A DNA stretch of 64,000 nt. It comes from Bacteroidia bacterium (GTDB lineage: Bacteria; Bacteroidota; Bacteroidia; M30B66). The stretch spans positions 928,001-992,000 of the forward strand of contig OZ257142.1 of the NCBI GenBank assembly GCA_965279035.1. Reading direction: 5' to 3'. This document shows positions 1 through 9,359 of this stretch, piece by piece. The notes under the pieces were generated by a model. The model saw only the letters and a program-made list of their open reading frames with translations, did not search any database and was not told the origin of the DNA. Within the stretch, counting starts at the first letter, position 1, and each line of letters begins with the position of its first letter. The translations under genes and the position numbers were made by a program.

Positions 1-58
1 CGTAAAGATAAATGGTGATAGAAATGAAGGTGTTCGCTTGCTCGTGGTGGGAAATTAA
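1..58 (+). CDS. 3' fragment of a CDS entering from the left edge (...VKINGDRNEGVRLLVVGN*); possibly the tail of a T9SS cargo protein
   Basis: Open frame from nt 2 to TAA at 56-58, overlapping the stop of the convergent response regulator. Only 18 codons are visible. Confidence 0.35.
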   Translation, partial: VKINGDRNEGVRLLVVGN

Positions 59-753
59 ACATCGGTGAATTTATATCCAACACTGCGAATGGAGTGGAAA
101 AACTGAGGTTCACGTGGATTAATTTCAAAGTATTTGCGAAATGCAAGAATGTAATTATCGATTGTTCTGGTAGAAGGAAAAATATCATAGCCCCAAACTT
201 TTTCAAGAATTTGTCTTCTCGAAACCACTTCGCCTTTCCGATCAATTAACAACTTCAATAATTGAATTTCCTTTTTTGATAAAGTGAACGTTTCACCTCG
301 GAAAGTAACAATGGTATAACGAGTGAAATCGATACTGTTTTGACCAAAAACATAATTTGCTGTTTCGGTATTGAGGCGAGCTCGATCAAGTCCACGCTTA
401 ATTAGCGATTGAACACGAAGTAAAAGCTCTTCTAAATTAAAAGGCTTAGCTAAATAATCATCAGCGCCAAGTTTCAGTCCTTGAACTCGATCTGAACTCG
501 TGTTTTTAGCCGTTAAAAAAAGGATTGGTACTTCTTGATTTTCTAAACGAATTGTTTCACAAACAGCAAATCCATCTATAAATGGAATCATTACATCAAG
601 GATAATTAAATCATACCGTTCTCCAAGAGCTTTTTCAAGTGCTGCTCGACCATCGAAGACCGAAACCACTTGATGTCCTTCCAGTTCTAAGTTTAACTGA
701 ATTATTTCTCTTAGGCTTTCTTCGTCTTCGGCTAATAAAATCCTGTATGCCAT
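55..753 (-). CDS. OmpR/PhoB-family DNA-binding response regulator (REC + winged helix)
   Basis: ILLAEDE, LIILDVMIP (phospho-Asp), FLTAK, GADDYLAKPF, and a C-terminal winged helix ending in RTIDNYI...SIRSVGYKF. Confidence 0.95.
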   Translation of the reverse strand: MAYRILLAEDEESLREIIQLNLELEGHQVVSVFDGRAALEKALGERYDLIILDVMIPFIDGFAVCETIRLENQEVPILFLTAKNTSSDRVQGLKLGADDYLAKPFNLEELLLRVQSLIKRGLDRARLNTETANYVFGQNSIDFTRYTIVTFRGETFTLSKKEIQLLKLLIDRKGEVVSRRQILEKVWGYDIFPSTRTIDNYILAFRKYFEINPREPQFFHSIRSVGYKFTDV

Positions 754-898
754 GCTGCAAAGTAACAGGAAACAATCTCATGTTCACAACTAGCCATTTG
801 AACGAATGACTGAAATGATCAAGCAATTAAATTCGTAAACTAGTTTTATTGAAACTTCAATCGATTGTTTTCGTTCACAAACAGCTAAAACCAAATTT

Positions 899-2710
899 AT
901 GAAGCTCATTTATTCTTTAATGTTTATCCTATTTTTTTCACATGGTTTTGCTCAACGGAATTGTGGAACGATGGATCAATATGCGACTTCAATCCAAAAT
1001 AATTCAGCGATCATTCAGCAAAGGCAAGTCATAGAATCACAAATTCATACATGGATAGAACAACATCCATCTAATTCAACACGCACAGTTTTAACAATTC
1101 CGGTTGTTGTTCATGTTGTTTATAAAACATCAGCTGAAAATATTTCTGATAGTCAAATACAATCTCAATTGGATGTTTTGAATGAAGATTATTCGCGTTC
1201 AAATGCTGATGCTTCTCAAACTCCTACAGCATTTCAAGGTGTTGCAGCAAATTGTGAAATTCAATTTTGTTTAGCTCAACGTGATCCCAATAATCAACCA
1301 ACCAATGGTATTACGCGAACTCAAACTTTAGCTTCTTCTTTCCCTATTGGTGCTTCTGTTAAACACGCAAGTACCGGTGGAAAAGACGCTTGGCCAAGTG
1401 ATAATTACTTGAATATTTGGGTATGTAACTTAACAAGTCCAGTCATTGGGTTTGCTACATTACCCGGAACCTCTTCTCCCGATGAAGATGGTGTGGTGAT
1501 TATCTACAAACATTTTGGGAGAACAGGAACAGTAGAAGCTCCTTATAACAAAGGCCGAACAGCAACTCACGAAATTGGCCATTGGTTAAATCTACTTCAT
1601 ATCTGGGGTGATGATGAAAATAGTGGAGATAATTGTGCAGGATCAGATCAAGTAAGCGATACTCCAAATCAAGCAGGTCCCAATTTCGGTTGCCCAGGAG
1701 CATCAACGGCCTCTTGCAGTAATGGTGGCGATATGTTCATGAATTACATGGATTATACGGATGATGTATGCATGAATGTATTTTCCACAGGCCAAAAAAA
1801 TCGCATGCAAGCCACATTAAATGGAGTGCGATCAACTATCCCAATTTCTCCTGCTTGTCTACCTCCACCAATCATTCAATCTTGTGACACTCTTAATAAT
1901 ATAGTTGGTGGTGATGGGCTTGTGTACTATTATTCGTTTGAGGTTGATACCAATGATACTGGTTTTCTTACGGGTACGAATTCTCGCAATAGCTTAGCTT
2001 ATGCCGAAAAACATTCAGTTGTTAATCAACATACCATTGATGCAATCCGTTTTGATTTTGCTTATGCGATTGACGGAACTGGCTCGAGCAATTTGCATGT
2101 TGGTGTTTGGGAAGATGATGGGACGAATCCTCCGGGAAGTCCGGGAACACTCGTGGGTGAAGGGCAAATGGCTATTTCAGACATTGCAAACAATGTAGAT
2201 AATTTCACTTTCTCTGATGTAGTTCTTTCTCCTAGTGCTCTCGTTGATGGTGATTTTTATGTTGGATTCTTCACCAGCGATATTGCCGAAGACACCATTG
2301 CGGTTTATTCAAACCAAATAGATAAAGTCAATACAAATACTGCTTGGATCAAAAATTTTAACGGCAATTGGTTTGAGTTTAATTCCGATTCTACGTATGG
2401 ACCAACAGTAGCTTTGTCTTTAGCTATTCGTCCAGTAGCGTGTACAACCGTTGGAATGGAAGCTGTTTCAACTAAGAATCTGTTGATTTATCCAAATCCA
2501 AGCTCCGCTCAATTAACTGTTCAATTTCCTAATCAGTCTGGAATTCAATCTTGGCAATTGTTTTCTGTTGATGGAAGAGCCATACTAAACGGTCGATCAA
2601 CTTCCTCTACACTTCAAATAGATACTTCGATCATTCCTTCGGGTATTTATTTTTTCCGATCAACAGATGGGAAACAAGGATATTCATCTAAAATTTCTGT
2701 TTGTCATTAA
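899..2710 (+). CDS. M43 (pappalysin/ulilysin-like) zinc metalloprotease with T9SS type-A C-terminal domain
   Basis: Signal peptide, pro-peptide RNCGT, IPVVVHV, zinc motif HEIGHWLNLLH, Met-turn MNYMDY, and C-terminal IYPNP...SGIYF. Confidence 0.93.
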   Translation: MKLIYSLMFILFFSHGFAQRNCGTMDQYATSIQNNSAIIQQRQVIESQIHTWIEQHPSNSTRTVLTIPVVVHVVYKTSAENISDSQIQSQLDVLNEDYSRSNADASQTPTAFQGVAANCEIQFCLAQRDPNNQPTNGITRTQTLASSFPIGASVKHASTGGKDAWPSDNYLNIWVCNLTSPVIGFATLPGTSSPDEDGVVIIYKHFGRTGTVEAPYNKGRTATHEIGHWLNLLHIWGDDENSGDNCAGSDQVSDTPNQAGPNFGCPGASTASCSNGGDMFMNYMDYTDDVCMNVFSTGQKNRMQATLNGVRSTIPISPACLPPPIIQSCDTLNNIVGGDGLVYYYSFEVDTNDTGFLTGTNSRNSLAYAEKHSVVNQHTIDAIRFDFAYAIDGTGSSNLHVGVWEDDGTNPPGSPGTLVGEGQMAISDIANNVDNFTFSDVVLSPSALVDGDFYVGFFTSDIAEDTIAVYSNQIDKVNTNTAWIKNFNGNWFEFNSDSTYGPTVALSLAIRPVACTTVGMEAVSTKNLLIYPNPSSAQLTVQFPNQSGIQSWQLFSVDGRAILNGRSTSSTLQIDTSIIPSGIYFFRSTDGKQGYSSKISVCH

Positions 2711-2743
2711 GTTCGAAATAACCATTTGCTTGCTTGCTTGTTG

Positions 2744-2751
2744 TAAGTTTG
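2744..2751 (+). promoter_or_regulatory. Bacteroidota -7 promoter element (TAAGTTTG) for mqnE
   Basis: Exact TAnnTTTG match 18 nt upstream of ATG 2770. Confidence 0.55.
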
Positions 2752-2769
2752 TCGAACCTATTTTAAGGA

Positions 2770-3915
2770 ATGCATTCTATCATCGAAGCTACTGCCGATA
2801 GCGAATTACGGCGCATTGCAAACAAAGTTTTTAGTTCAGAACGAATTTCTCCTTCGGAAGGAATCTACCTCTTTGAAAATGCCGAACTCGGATTTCTAGG
2901 AGTTCTAGCAAATCACATACGTGAATCGCGGTTTGGATTGCAGACTTTTTTCAATCGAAATTTCCATATAGAACCTACAAACATTTGTGTTTACGATTGT
3001 AAATTCTGTTCGTATTCGCGTTTGTTAAAACACAAGCAAGATGGTTGGGAATTAAGCGAAGAAGAAATTCTCGAGAAAGTTCGAAGCTATCATGGCGTTC
3101 CCATTACCGAAGTGCATATTGTTGGTGGCGTTCACCCGAAAATGGGCTTACAGTACTTTGCCAGTCTGATTCGTAAAATCAAAGAAATTCGTCCCGATAT
3201 CCATGTCAAAGCATTTACTGCTGTGGAATTGGATTATATGTGTCGAAAAGCAAAGCTGACTTATGCCGAAGGTTTGCAGATTTTGAAAGATCATGGGCAG
3301 GATTCATTACCTGGTGGAGGAGCAGAAATTTTTGATGAAGCACTTCGTGCTGAAATTTGTGGAGATAAATGCACCGCTTCCGAATGGCTTGAAATTCACG
3401 AAACGGCCCATCAACTTGGAATGCCTTCGAATGCAACGATGCTTTATGGTCATATCGAAAGCTATGCACATCGTATCGATCACATGGAGCGTTTGCGCCA
3501 GCTACAAGATCGAACTGGTGGTTTCAATACGTTTATCCCATTGAAGTTTCGCAACAAAGACAATCAAATGAGTCATGTGAGTGAGGTTTCTGTGATTGAA
3601 GATTTGAGAAACTATGCGATTTCACGAATTTACATGGATAACTTCGGTCATATAAAAGCATATTGGCCAATGATCGGAAGGAATACAGCACAGCTTTCTC
3701 TTTCTTTTGGAGTTGATGACATCGATGGAACTATCGACGATTCCACTCAGATATATTCTATGGCTGGTTCAGAAGAACAAAACCCAAGTTTATCCACTTC
3801 AGAATTAGTTGAAATGATTCAAGCAGTTGGGAAAATTCCAATCGAACGTGATACATTGTACCATGTGGTTCGCGATTATTCAAAACAACCAATTACCTTA
3901 GAAGAAGCTCTATAA
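2770..3915 (+). CDS. mqnE: Aminofutalosine synthase MqnE (CofH/MqnC-family radical SAM)
   Basis: NRNFHIEPTNICVYDCKFC (CxxxCxxC), EVHIVGG, PGGGAEIF, NATMLYGH, HIKAYW, FGVDDIDGT and IYSMAG. Confidence 0.85.
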   Translation: MHSIIEATADSELRRIANKVFSSERISPSEGIYLFENAELGFLGVLANHIRESRFGLQTFFNRNFHIEPTNICVYDCKFCSYSRLLKHKQDGWELSEEEILEKVRSYHGVPITEVHIVGGVHPKMGLQYFASLIRKIKEIRPDIHVKAFTAVELDYMCRKAKLTYAEGLQILKDHGQDSLPGGGAEIFDEALRAEICGDKCTASEWLEIHETAHQLGMPSNATMLYGHIESYAHRIDHMERLRQLQDRTGGFNTFIPLKFRNKDNQMSHVSEVSVIEDLRNYAISRIYMDNFGHIKAYWPMIGRNTAQLSLSFGVDDIDGTIDDSTQIYSMAGSEEQNPSLSTSELVEMIQAVGKIPIERDTLYHVVRDYSKQPITLEEAL

Positions 3916-3918
3916 TCT

Positions 3919-4422
3919 ATGATTCAGTCGACTATAAATGGGAATTCTTTTGTTATCGAATTCGAAAGCGAAGGAAAGAATGGAACAATAAACGGTACTG
4001 ATTTCTCATGGGATTTACTACCCATTTCGGCAAACCGATTTAGTATTTTGAAGAATAATCGTTCATACAATGTCATCATAGAATCGCGCGATCCTGAAAC
4101 ACACTCAATTACGATTCGTGTCAATGGGAAAAAACTCCTTATAAGTACAAAGAACAAAATGATGCTTCTGCTCGAATCGATGGGTTTAAGTTCGGCAAGT
4201 TCTCAAAAGGTAAACGAAGTAAAAGCACCGATGCCAGGCTTAGTGCTAAGAGCATTGGTTAATGAAGGAGATGTAATAAAGAAAGGAGATAGTTTACTTG
4301 TTCTTGAAGCCATGAAAATGGAGAATGTTATTAAATCTCCGGTGGATGCTCAAATAGCTAAAATCCAAGTTCGACAAGGACAAGCAGTTGAAAAAAATCA
4401 GGTATTGATTCTATTCAATTGA
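3919..4422 (+). CDS. Biotin carboxyl carrier protein subunit of an acyl-CoA carboxylase
   Basis: VKAPMPG...LLVLEAMKMEN biotinylation motif. Confidence 0.9.
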   Translation: MIQSTINGNSFVIEFESEGKNGTINGTDFSWDLLPISANRFSILKNNRSYNVIIESRDPETHSITIRVNGKKLLISTKNKMMLLLESMGLSSASSQKVNEVKAPMPGLVLRALVNEGDVIKKGDSLLVLEAMKMENVIKSPVDAQIAKIQVRQGQAVEKNQVLILFN

Positions 4423-5463
4423 TCACCACTCCGTTTTAAATTGCTTCAAAAAGCGCATGTCATTTTGGGAGAAAAGTCGGAGGTCTTTCACTTGATATTT
4501 CAAAATGGCAATGCGTTCGATTCCCATCCCAAAAGCAAATCCTGAATATTTTTCAGCATCAATACCGCAATTCGTCATCACGTTTGGATGCACCATTCCG
4601 CAGCCTAAGATTTCAACCCAACCTGTGTATTTGCAAATATTGCAACCTTTCCCTTTGCAAACTGTACAGGAAATATCCATCTCAGCCGAAGGCTCAGTAA
4701 AGGGAAAATAGGAGGGACGAAGTCGAATTTTTGTGTCTTCGCCAAACAATTCTCTAGAGAATGTGAGTAGTGTTTGTTTTAAATCAGCAAAAGATACATT
4801 TTCATCCACATACAAGCCTTCCACTTGATGAAAAAAGCAATGTGCACGTGCTGAAATGGCTTCATTTCGATACACTCTACCAGGCATCAATAAACGCAAT
4901 GGTGGTTTTTGACTTTCCATCATGCGAATTTGAACAGACGAAGTATGAGTTCTTAAAGCAATGTCAGGATCTTTTTCGATAAAAAAGGTATCCTGCATAT
5001 CGCGAGCTGGGTGTTCAGCAGGGAAATTGAGTGCAGAGAAAATGTGCCAATCATCTTCAATTTCAGGTCCTTCGGCAATATTAAAACCTAATCGGGAGAA
5101 TATGGAATTGATTTCATTTGCAACTACAGACAATGGATGTCTGCTGCCACGTTGAAAAGACCAACCGGGTGCAGAGTAATCAAATGTTTCTGAATTTGTC
5201 GGCTTTCCTGATGCTTGAAGATTCTCAATGGATTCTTTCCAGGTGAGTTCAGCTGCTTGTTTTAATTCATTGAGCAACTTTCCAATGGGCTTTCTTTCTT
5301 CGAGCGTAACTTCTTTAAATCGTTCAAATAACGCGGGAACTAAACCTTTGCGACTTAAAAAACGAATCCGGTATTGTTCAGCTTCTTCGGCTGTTTGTAG
5401 CGCAATCGCTGTGATTTCTGATTTTATTCGTTCGATCTCTTCTGTCAATGTCATGTTGCTCAA
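4423..5463 (-). CDS. pheS: Phenylalanine-tRNA ligase alpha subunit
   Basis: HPARDMQDTF, LRTHTSSVQ, FHQVEG, RPSYFPFTEPS, GFAFGMGIER. The start may be the internal ATG (MTLTEE). Confidence 0.98.
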   Translation of the reverse strand: MSNMTLTEEIERIKSEITAIALQTAEEAEQYRIRFLSRKGLVPALFERFKEVTLEERKPIGKLLNELKQAAELTWKESIENLQASGKPTNSETFDYSAPGWSFQRGSRHPLSVVANEINSIFSRLGFNIAEGPEIEDDWHIFSALNFPAEHPARDMQDTFFIEKDPDIALRTHTSSVQIRMMESQKPPLRLLMPGRVYRNEAISARAHCFFHQVEGLYVDENVSFADLKQTLLTFSRELFGEDTKIRLRPSYFPFTEPSAEMDISCTVCKGKGCNICKYTGWVEILGCGMVHPNVMTNCGIDAEKYSGFAFGMGIERIAILKYQVKDLRLFSQNDMRFLKQFKTEW

Positions 5464-5590
5464 TTTCGCTGCTAAGATAATGAAACTGTATGCCTTGTTC
5501 TATGTAACAAAGAAGAAGCATCTGCGTTTACTCAAAAGAAGCCGTATCTCTCAAAGATTTTTCTATTTTTGAACTCCTGAAATTTCAACC

Positions 5591-5956
5591 ATGGCATCCA
5601 AGTTTCGTTCAGCTATTTTTCTATTTACACTTGTTGCTTTATCTACAGTTGCTGGCTGTAAGAAAAAAGACACGACCTGTACTGCGGTCATTAAAGTTAT
5701 TCGCACAAATGGAAGTGTGGTTTCTGGAGCAAAAGTTCGATTAACATCCAATTGGGGACTTACCCAAAGTAATAACGAGCTTGCAGATTATCTTCCTGCA
5801 GACGAATTAACCGATGCCAATGGCATGGCGACATTTGAATTTAAATATCCTGGAATTTTGGATGTTGAGGTAACGCAAATCGCTTACGGATCCGGTACCG
5901 ATTTAATTAAATTAGAAGTTGGAGAAACAGTTACGAAAGTTGTAACTATCCAATAA
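5591..5956 (+). CDS. Small putative lipoprotein of unknown function (beta-sandwich-like)
   Basis: Hydrophobic leader ending VAGC, followed by KKKD. TATTTTTG -7 element at 5564-5571. Confidence 0.8.
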   Translation: MASKFRSAIFLFTLVALSTVAGCKKKDTTCTAVIKVIRTNGSVVSGAKVRLTSNWGLTQSNNELADYLPADELTDANGMATFEFKYPGILDVEVTQIAYGSGTDLIKLEVGETVTKVVTIQ

Positions 5957-6329
5957 TTGCAGAATTAGCTGCAAAATATTCTACCACACAGTCTTTCATT
6001 AATGCCAATTGTTGCCCTGGCGATAAGGGTGGTAACTTTTCGTTCAATTCCCAATGAGGATATCCATCATCATCTGTTCCTGAAAACGTGTAATATCCAT
6101 AAGGCTCCAATAATGTACATATAGCAATATGCATTAATTCGAGTTTCTGGTCTTTGCTGAATTTCAGTTTGCCTTTTCCCAATTCTTGAACGCCAATTAA
6201 AAACAATACGGCTTGCAAATCCAAATCACCATCAAATTGATGGTTCAATTCGGCAAGCAGTGTTTTCCAACGTTTTTCTACATCTTGAACATGCGAATCG
6301 CCTGTTCTGATGATTCGATAATCAGCCAT
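5946..6329 (-). CDS. Conserved hypothetical protein
   Basis: LDLQAVLFLIGVQELG...KLELMHIAICTLL..YGYY resembles a Bacteroidota hypothetical family (from recall). Its ATG overlaps the upstream stop by 1 nt (TAATG). Confidence 0.75.
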   Translation of the reverse strand: MADYRIIRTGDSHVQDVEKRWKTLLAELNHQFDGDLDLQAVLFLIGVQELGKGKLKFSKDQKLELMHIAICTLLEPYGYYTFSGTDDDGYPHWELNEKLPPLSPGQQLALMKDCVVEYFAANSAIIG

Positions 6330-8431
6330 TAATTACAAATCCATTTTCTTAATGCAGATTGATTTCCTGCTTCAATTCGAATTACATAAGCTCCAGCAGC
6401 CAAACTAGCTCCTCCAGTTAAATCGTGTAACCAAATTTTATATTCCCCAATCGATTGTTTCCCGAAACTACGTTGTCCAATCATTCTTCCAGCTAAATCA
6501 AGAATCTGAATGTTAACTTCTTCATTCTTGAACAATCCATAACTTACTTGAGCATCTCCCGATCCTGGATTTGGAAAAACCTGAGTTAAATACTCATCAA
6601 TAGAAGGATCAGAAATACCTGCAGGTACATTCACAATATTGACATCATCTAAATACAAATTGTTGCCACTGCTATCAACCACTGCAAATTTGATCATACC
6701 GTGAGCTTGGCCAGCTAAAGGTGTAACACTCACTGTTTCGGTTCTCCATTCTGATGCAGATGGCGTGTATGCGGAAGTTGATAATGTAGTTGTTGTTGCC
6801 AATGTTGCCCCTGCTTTTGCATAACGACGCGACCAGGTTTTACCACAATCGGAAGAAATCCAAAGTTCCAATCGATCATTTGAACTTGAACTTCTGCGTG
6901 CATAAGCAACTTTAAACGTGATGCTTGTAGGAGACGTTACAGAAGAAAAATTAATTACAGGTGAAATAACTGAAGATACAGTTCCTTCTCCAATTTGAAG
7001 ATTGTTGTATTTTAAACAGGCCGAACCACTAGCTGAAACTGCAGTAGTTCTTGCGAAAGCTCCAGTGGTTTGTAAATCGTATCTCCAATTTCTAGTTGCA
7101 TCAGGATCATTTTGTGGAAAAGCTGCTACTTCGAAACCTTCAACTACGGGCGATACTAATGACGGCGTGCTCGTATTTACATTGATATAACTGCTTCTAG
7201 TTTTTGTATCATTTCCAGTAGAATTTCCAACAGTTAATGTTGCTGTATACGATCCGGGAACCGCATAAGAAACTATGGGGTTTTGAAGATTAGAAGATGA
7301 TGGCGTTCCACCTGGGAAATTCCAATTCCAATTCCATGTGCCATCTACATCTGAATTGTAACTCAAATCGTTAAACGTAATATTCGTGTTAGAGCAAACA
7401 GATGTTGCTGATGCAGTAAAATCAGCTATTGGGGCGCATGGGGTTATTGATGTTGAACTTACACCAGTTGCATTTAAATTGGTTGCAGACCACAAGTTAT
7501 TTCTTCCAGATGTTTGAGAATTGATTGCTGCAATCATCCTATTCTTTTGTCCATTCGTAAACATGATGGCACAACTTGAATAGTCCATATAATTTTGAAC
7601 ATTATCCAATAATCCACAGGTACTTTGAGCTAAATTACATGATTGATTTGCTACCCCAATAGTATTAGGAGTATCAGCAACATTATCATCCGTGTTGCAA
7701 TTAGTAGAAACTCCCGGAGAATTTGTATCACCCCAAGTATGTAATAAATTGAACCAATGTCCAACCTCATGAGTCAAAGTTCGAGCAGAGAAATTACTTC
7801 CATTGGATGTTCCAACTGTACCTAATTGTGTATTTATTACAACAATTCCATCATCCGTTGCCGAAGGCGAAGAACCCGGGAGATAGGCATATCCGCCAGC
7901 ACCAAACGAAATCTGATCAACTACCCAAACATTCAAATATTTATTTCTAGGCCAGGATATTAATTGTTTTACATTATCATCACCGCTGTATGTGAGTGTT
8001 GATACAGTTCTTGTAATTCCATCGGTACAATTTCCATTTGGATCAATTCGCGCTAAACGAAATTCGAATCCAACATTGGCAACAATGCCAGAAAATGCAG
8101 AAATAACGCTGCTCTGATCTGTATTTAATAATTGATAATCAAGATTCAGAATTCGAACAGCATCTTCAACTTGCTCTTTGGGAATGTTTTCAGGTCCATA
8201 GTTATGGATGATGTGAAAGACAATCGGAATTACCTTTATATCTCTATCGTTACTTGGAGTAAAATGACGGGTGAACTCTTCGAGTTCTTCACGGGCAATT
8301 CTTAATTCCGGATGAAGAGTGAGTGATTTCCGAACTTGTTCGTCAGTACCACATGGCCGAGAAGAAGTTTGGGAAAAAGAAGTGAAAAATGAAAAAGCAC
8401 TAAGAAAAAAAGTGAGTAATAAAAGACGCAT
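6329..8431 (-). CDS. M43 metalloprotease + PKD domain + beta-sandwich + T9SS type-A CTD
   Basis: Signal peptide, RPCGT, IPIVFHI, HEVGHWFNLLH, QNYMDY, PKD WNWNFPGG...YTATLTV, and CTD VFPNP...GAYVIRI. Confidence 0.93.
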   Translation of the reverse strand: MRLLLLTFFLSAFSFFTSFSQTSSRPCGTDEQVRKSLTLHPELRIAREELEEFTRHFTPSNDRDIKVIPIVFHIIHNYGPENIPKEQVEDAVRILNLDYQLLNTDQSSVISAFSGIVANVGFEFRLARIDPNGNCTDGITRTVSTLTYSGDDNVKQLISWPRNKYLNVWVVDQISFGAGGYAYLPGSSPSATDDGIVVINTQLGTVGTSNGSNFSARTLTHEVGHWFNLLHTWGDTNSPGVSTNCNTDDNVADTPNTIGVANQSCNLAQSTCGLLDNVQNYMDYSSCAIMFTNGQKNRMIAAINSQTSGRNNLWSATNLNATGVSSTSITPCAPIADFTASATSVCSNTNITFNDLSYNSDVDGTWNWNWNFPGGTPSSSNLQNPIVSYAVPGSYTATLTVGNSTGNDTKTRSSYINVNTSTPSLVSPVVEGFEVAAFPQNDPDATRNWRYDLQTTGAFARTTAVSASGSACLKYNNLQIGEGTVSSVISPVINFSSVTSPTSITFKVAYARRSSSSNDRLELWISSDCGKTWSRRYAKAGATLATTTTLSTSAYTPSASEWRTETVSVTPLAGQAHGMIKFAVVDSSGNNLYLDDVNIVNVPAGISDPSIDEYLTQVFPNPGSGDAQVSYGLFKNEEVNIQILDLAGRMIGQRSFGKQSIGEYKIWLHDLTGGASLAAGAYVIRIEAGNQSALRKWICN

Positions 8432-8451
8432 AGGTGATGGTTGAGGGATGC

Positions 8452-8459
8452 CAAATATA
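8452..8459 (-). promoter_or_regulatory. -7 promoter element (TATATTTG) for the second M43 gene
   Basis: caaatata on the + strand is TATATTTG on the - strand, 20 nt upstream of ATG 8431. Confidence 0.55.
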
Positions 8460-8489
8460 GTTTAAATCTTTATGGATTCAAATTGCTGG

Positions 8490-9200
8490 TTAATGAGACA
8501 AGCTCCTGATTAACATGCGTTTGGCTATTGGGAAATAGGTTTCTTCAAAAGCTAATGGAATTTCAGAATTCATAACGAAGGTGGCTGGATTGGGTAATTC
8601 CTTGTTTTCTCGAATCAATTCAAGTTTAATGTTCGATGGTGTATTGATCAAATTCCGACTAACTATTTTGATTGGATACGTATGCAGACTTCTGTATTTT
8701 TCTCCAGCATCTTCATACAATTTCATGGTATATCCAAAAACGCGTGTTTCATTCGGTTCTTGAATTTCCATTAACAGATAACCGGCTTCTTTAGAAAGTG
8801 GAATTAATCCAACAGGTTCTAAATGAAGTTTTTCTTCTATATACGAATACACCACTTTGCCCTCTTCTAAATGCTGTTCGAATTTCGGTATGGAATAATC
8901 AATGATTTGTTTCAACTCATCCATTAAATGATCATTGCCGATCACCTTTTCATAACTGATTTTGAAATTGGCTAAATCAATCGCATTCATAGTTGATGGA
9001 AATGCTTGATACATCGAATCTGTTCTTTCTTTTATTTTACAAAGATTCCGGTAATGGTGAATTAACTCTTGAAGTCCAGGATATACCAATTGATTATCAA
9101 ACTGCTCGTGCACAGATTCTAACCAAGCCAATAATATATATTGCTTGTATTCTAAATCGATCCGGTTCTCTGTTAACCAGTTTTCACTTAGTTGTTTCAT
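8490..9200 (-). CDS. Conserved hypothetical protein
   Basis: 236-aa soluble ORF with IDLEYKQYILLAWL, PVGLIP...GYL and LPNPATF...ETYFPIAKR. Function not recognised. Confidence 0.75.
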   Translation of the reverse strand: MKQLSENWLTENRIDLEYKQYILLAWLESVHEQFDNQLVYPGLQELIHHYRNLCKIKERTDSMYQAFPSTMNAIDLANFKISYEKVIGNDHLMDELKQIIDYSIPKFEQHLEEGKVVYSYIEEKLHLEPVGLIPLSKEAGYLLMEIQEPNETRVFGYTMKLYEDAGEKYRSLHTYPIKIVSRNLINTPSNIKLELIRENKELPNPATFVMNSEIPLAFEETYFPIAKRMLIRSLSH

Positions 9201-9359
9201 AAAAGCCAGCTTTATACTTTAAAACGCATACATTCACTTACAGTTGCGCAAATAATGCTAGTTAAATTACACGATTTAACGATTGACTGTTTATTACTTC
9301 CTGATTTCTATCTTTCCCTAAGCTCCTTTTTATCTACGTTTGCGTACTCAATTGAACCC

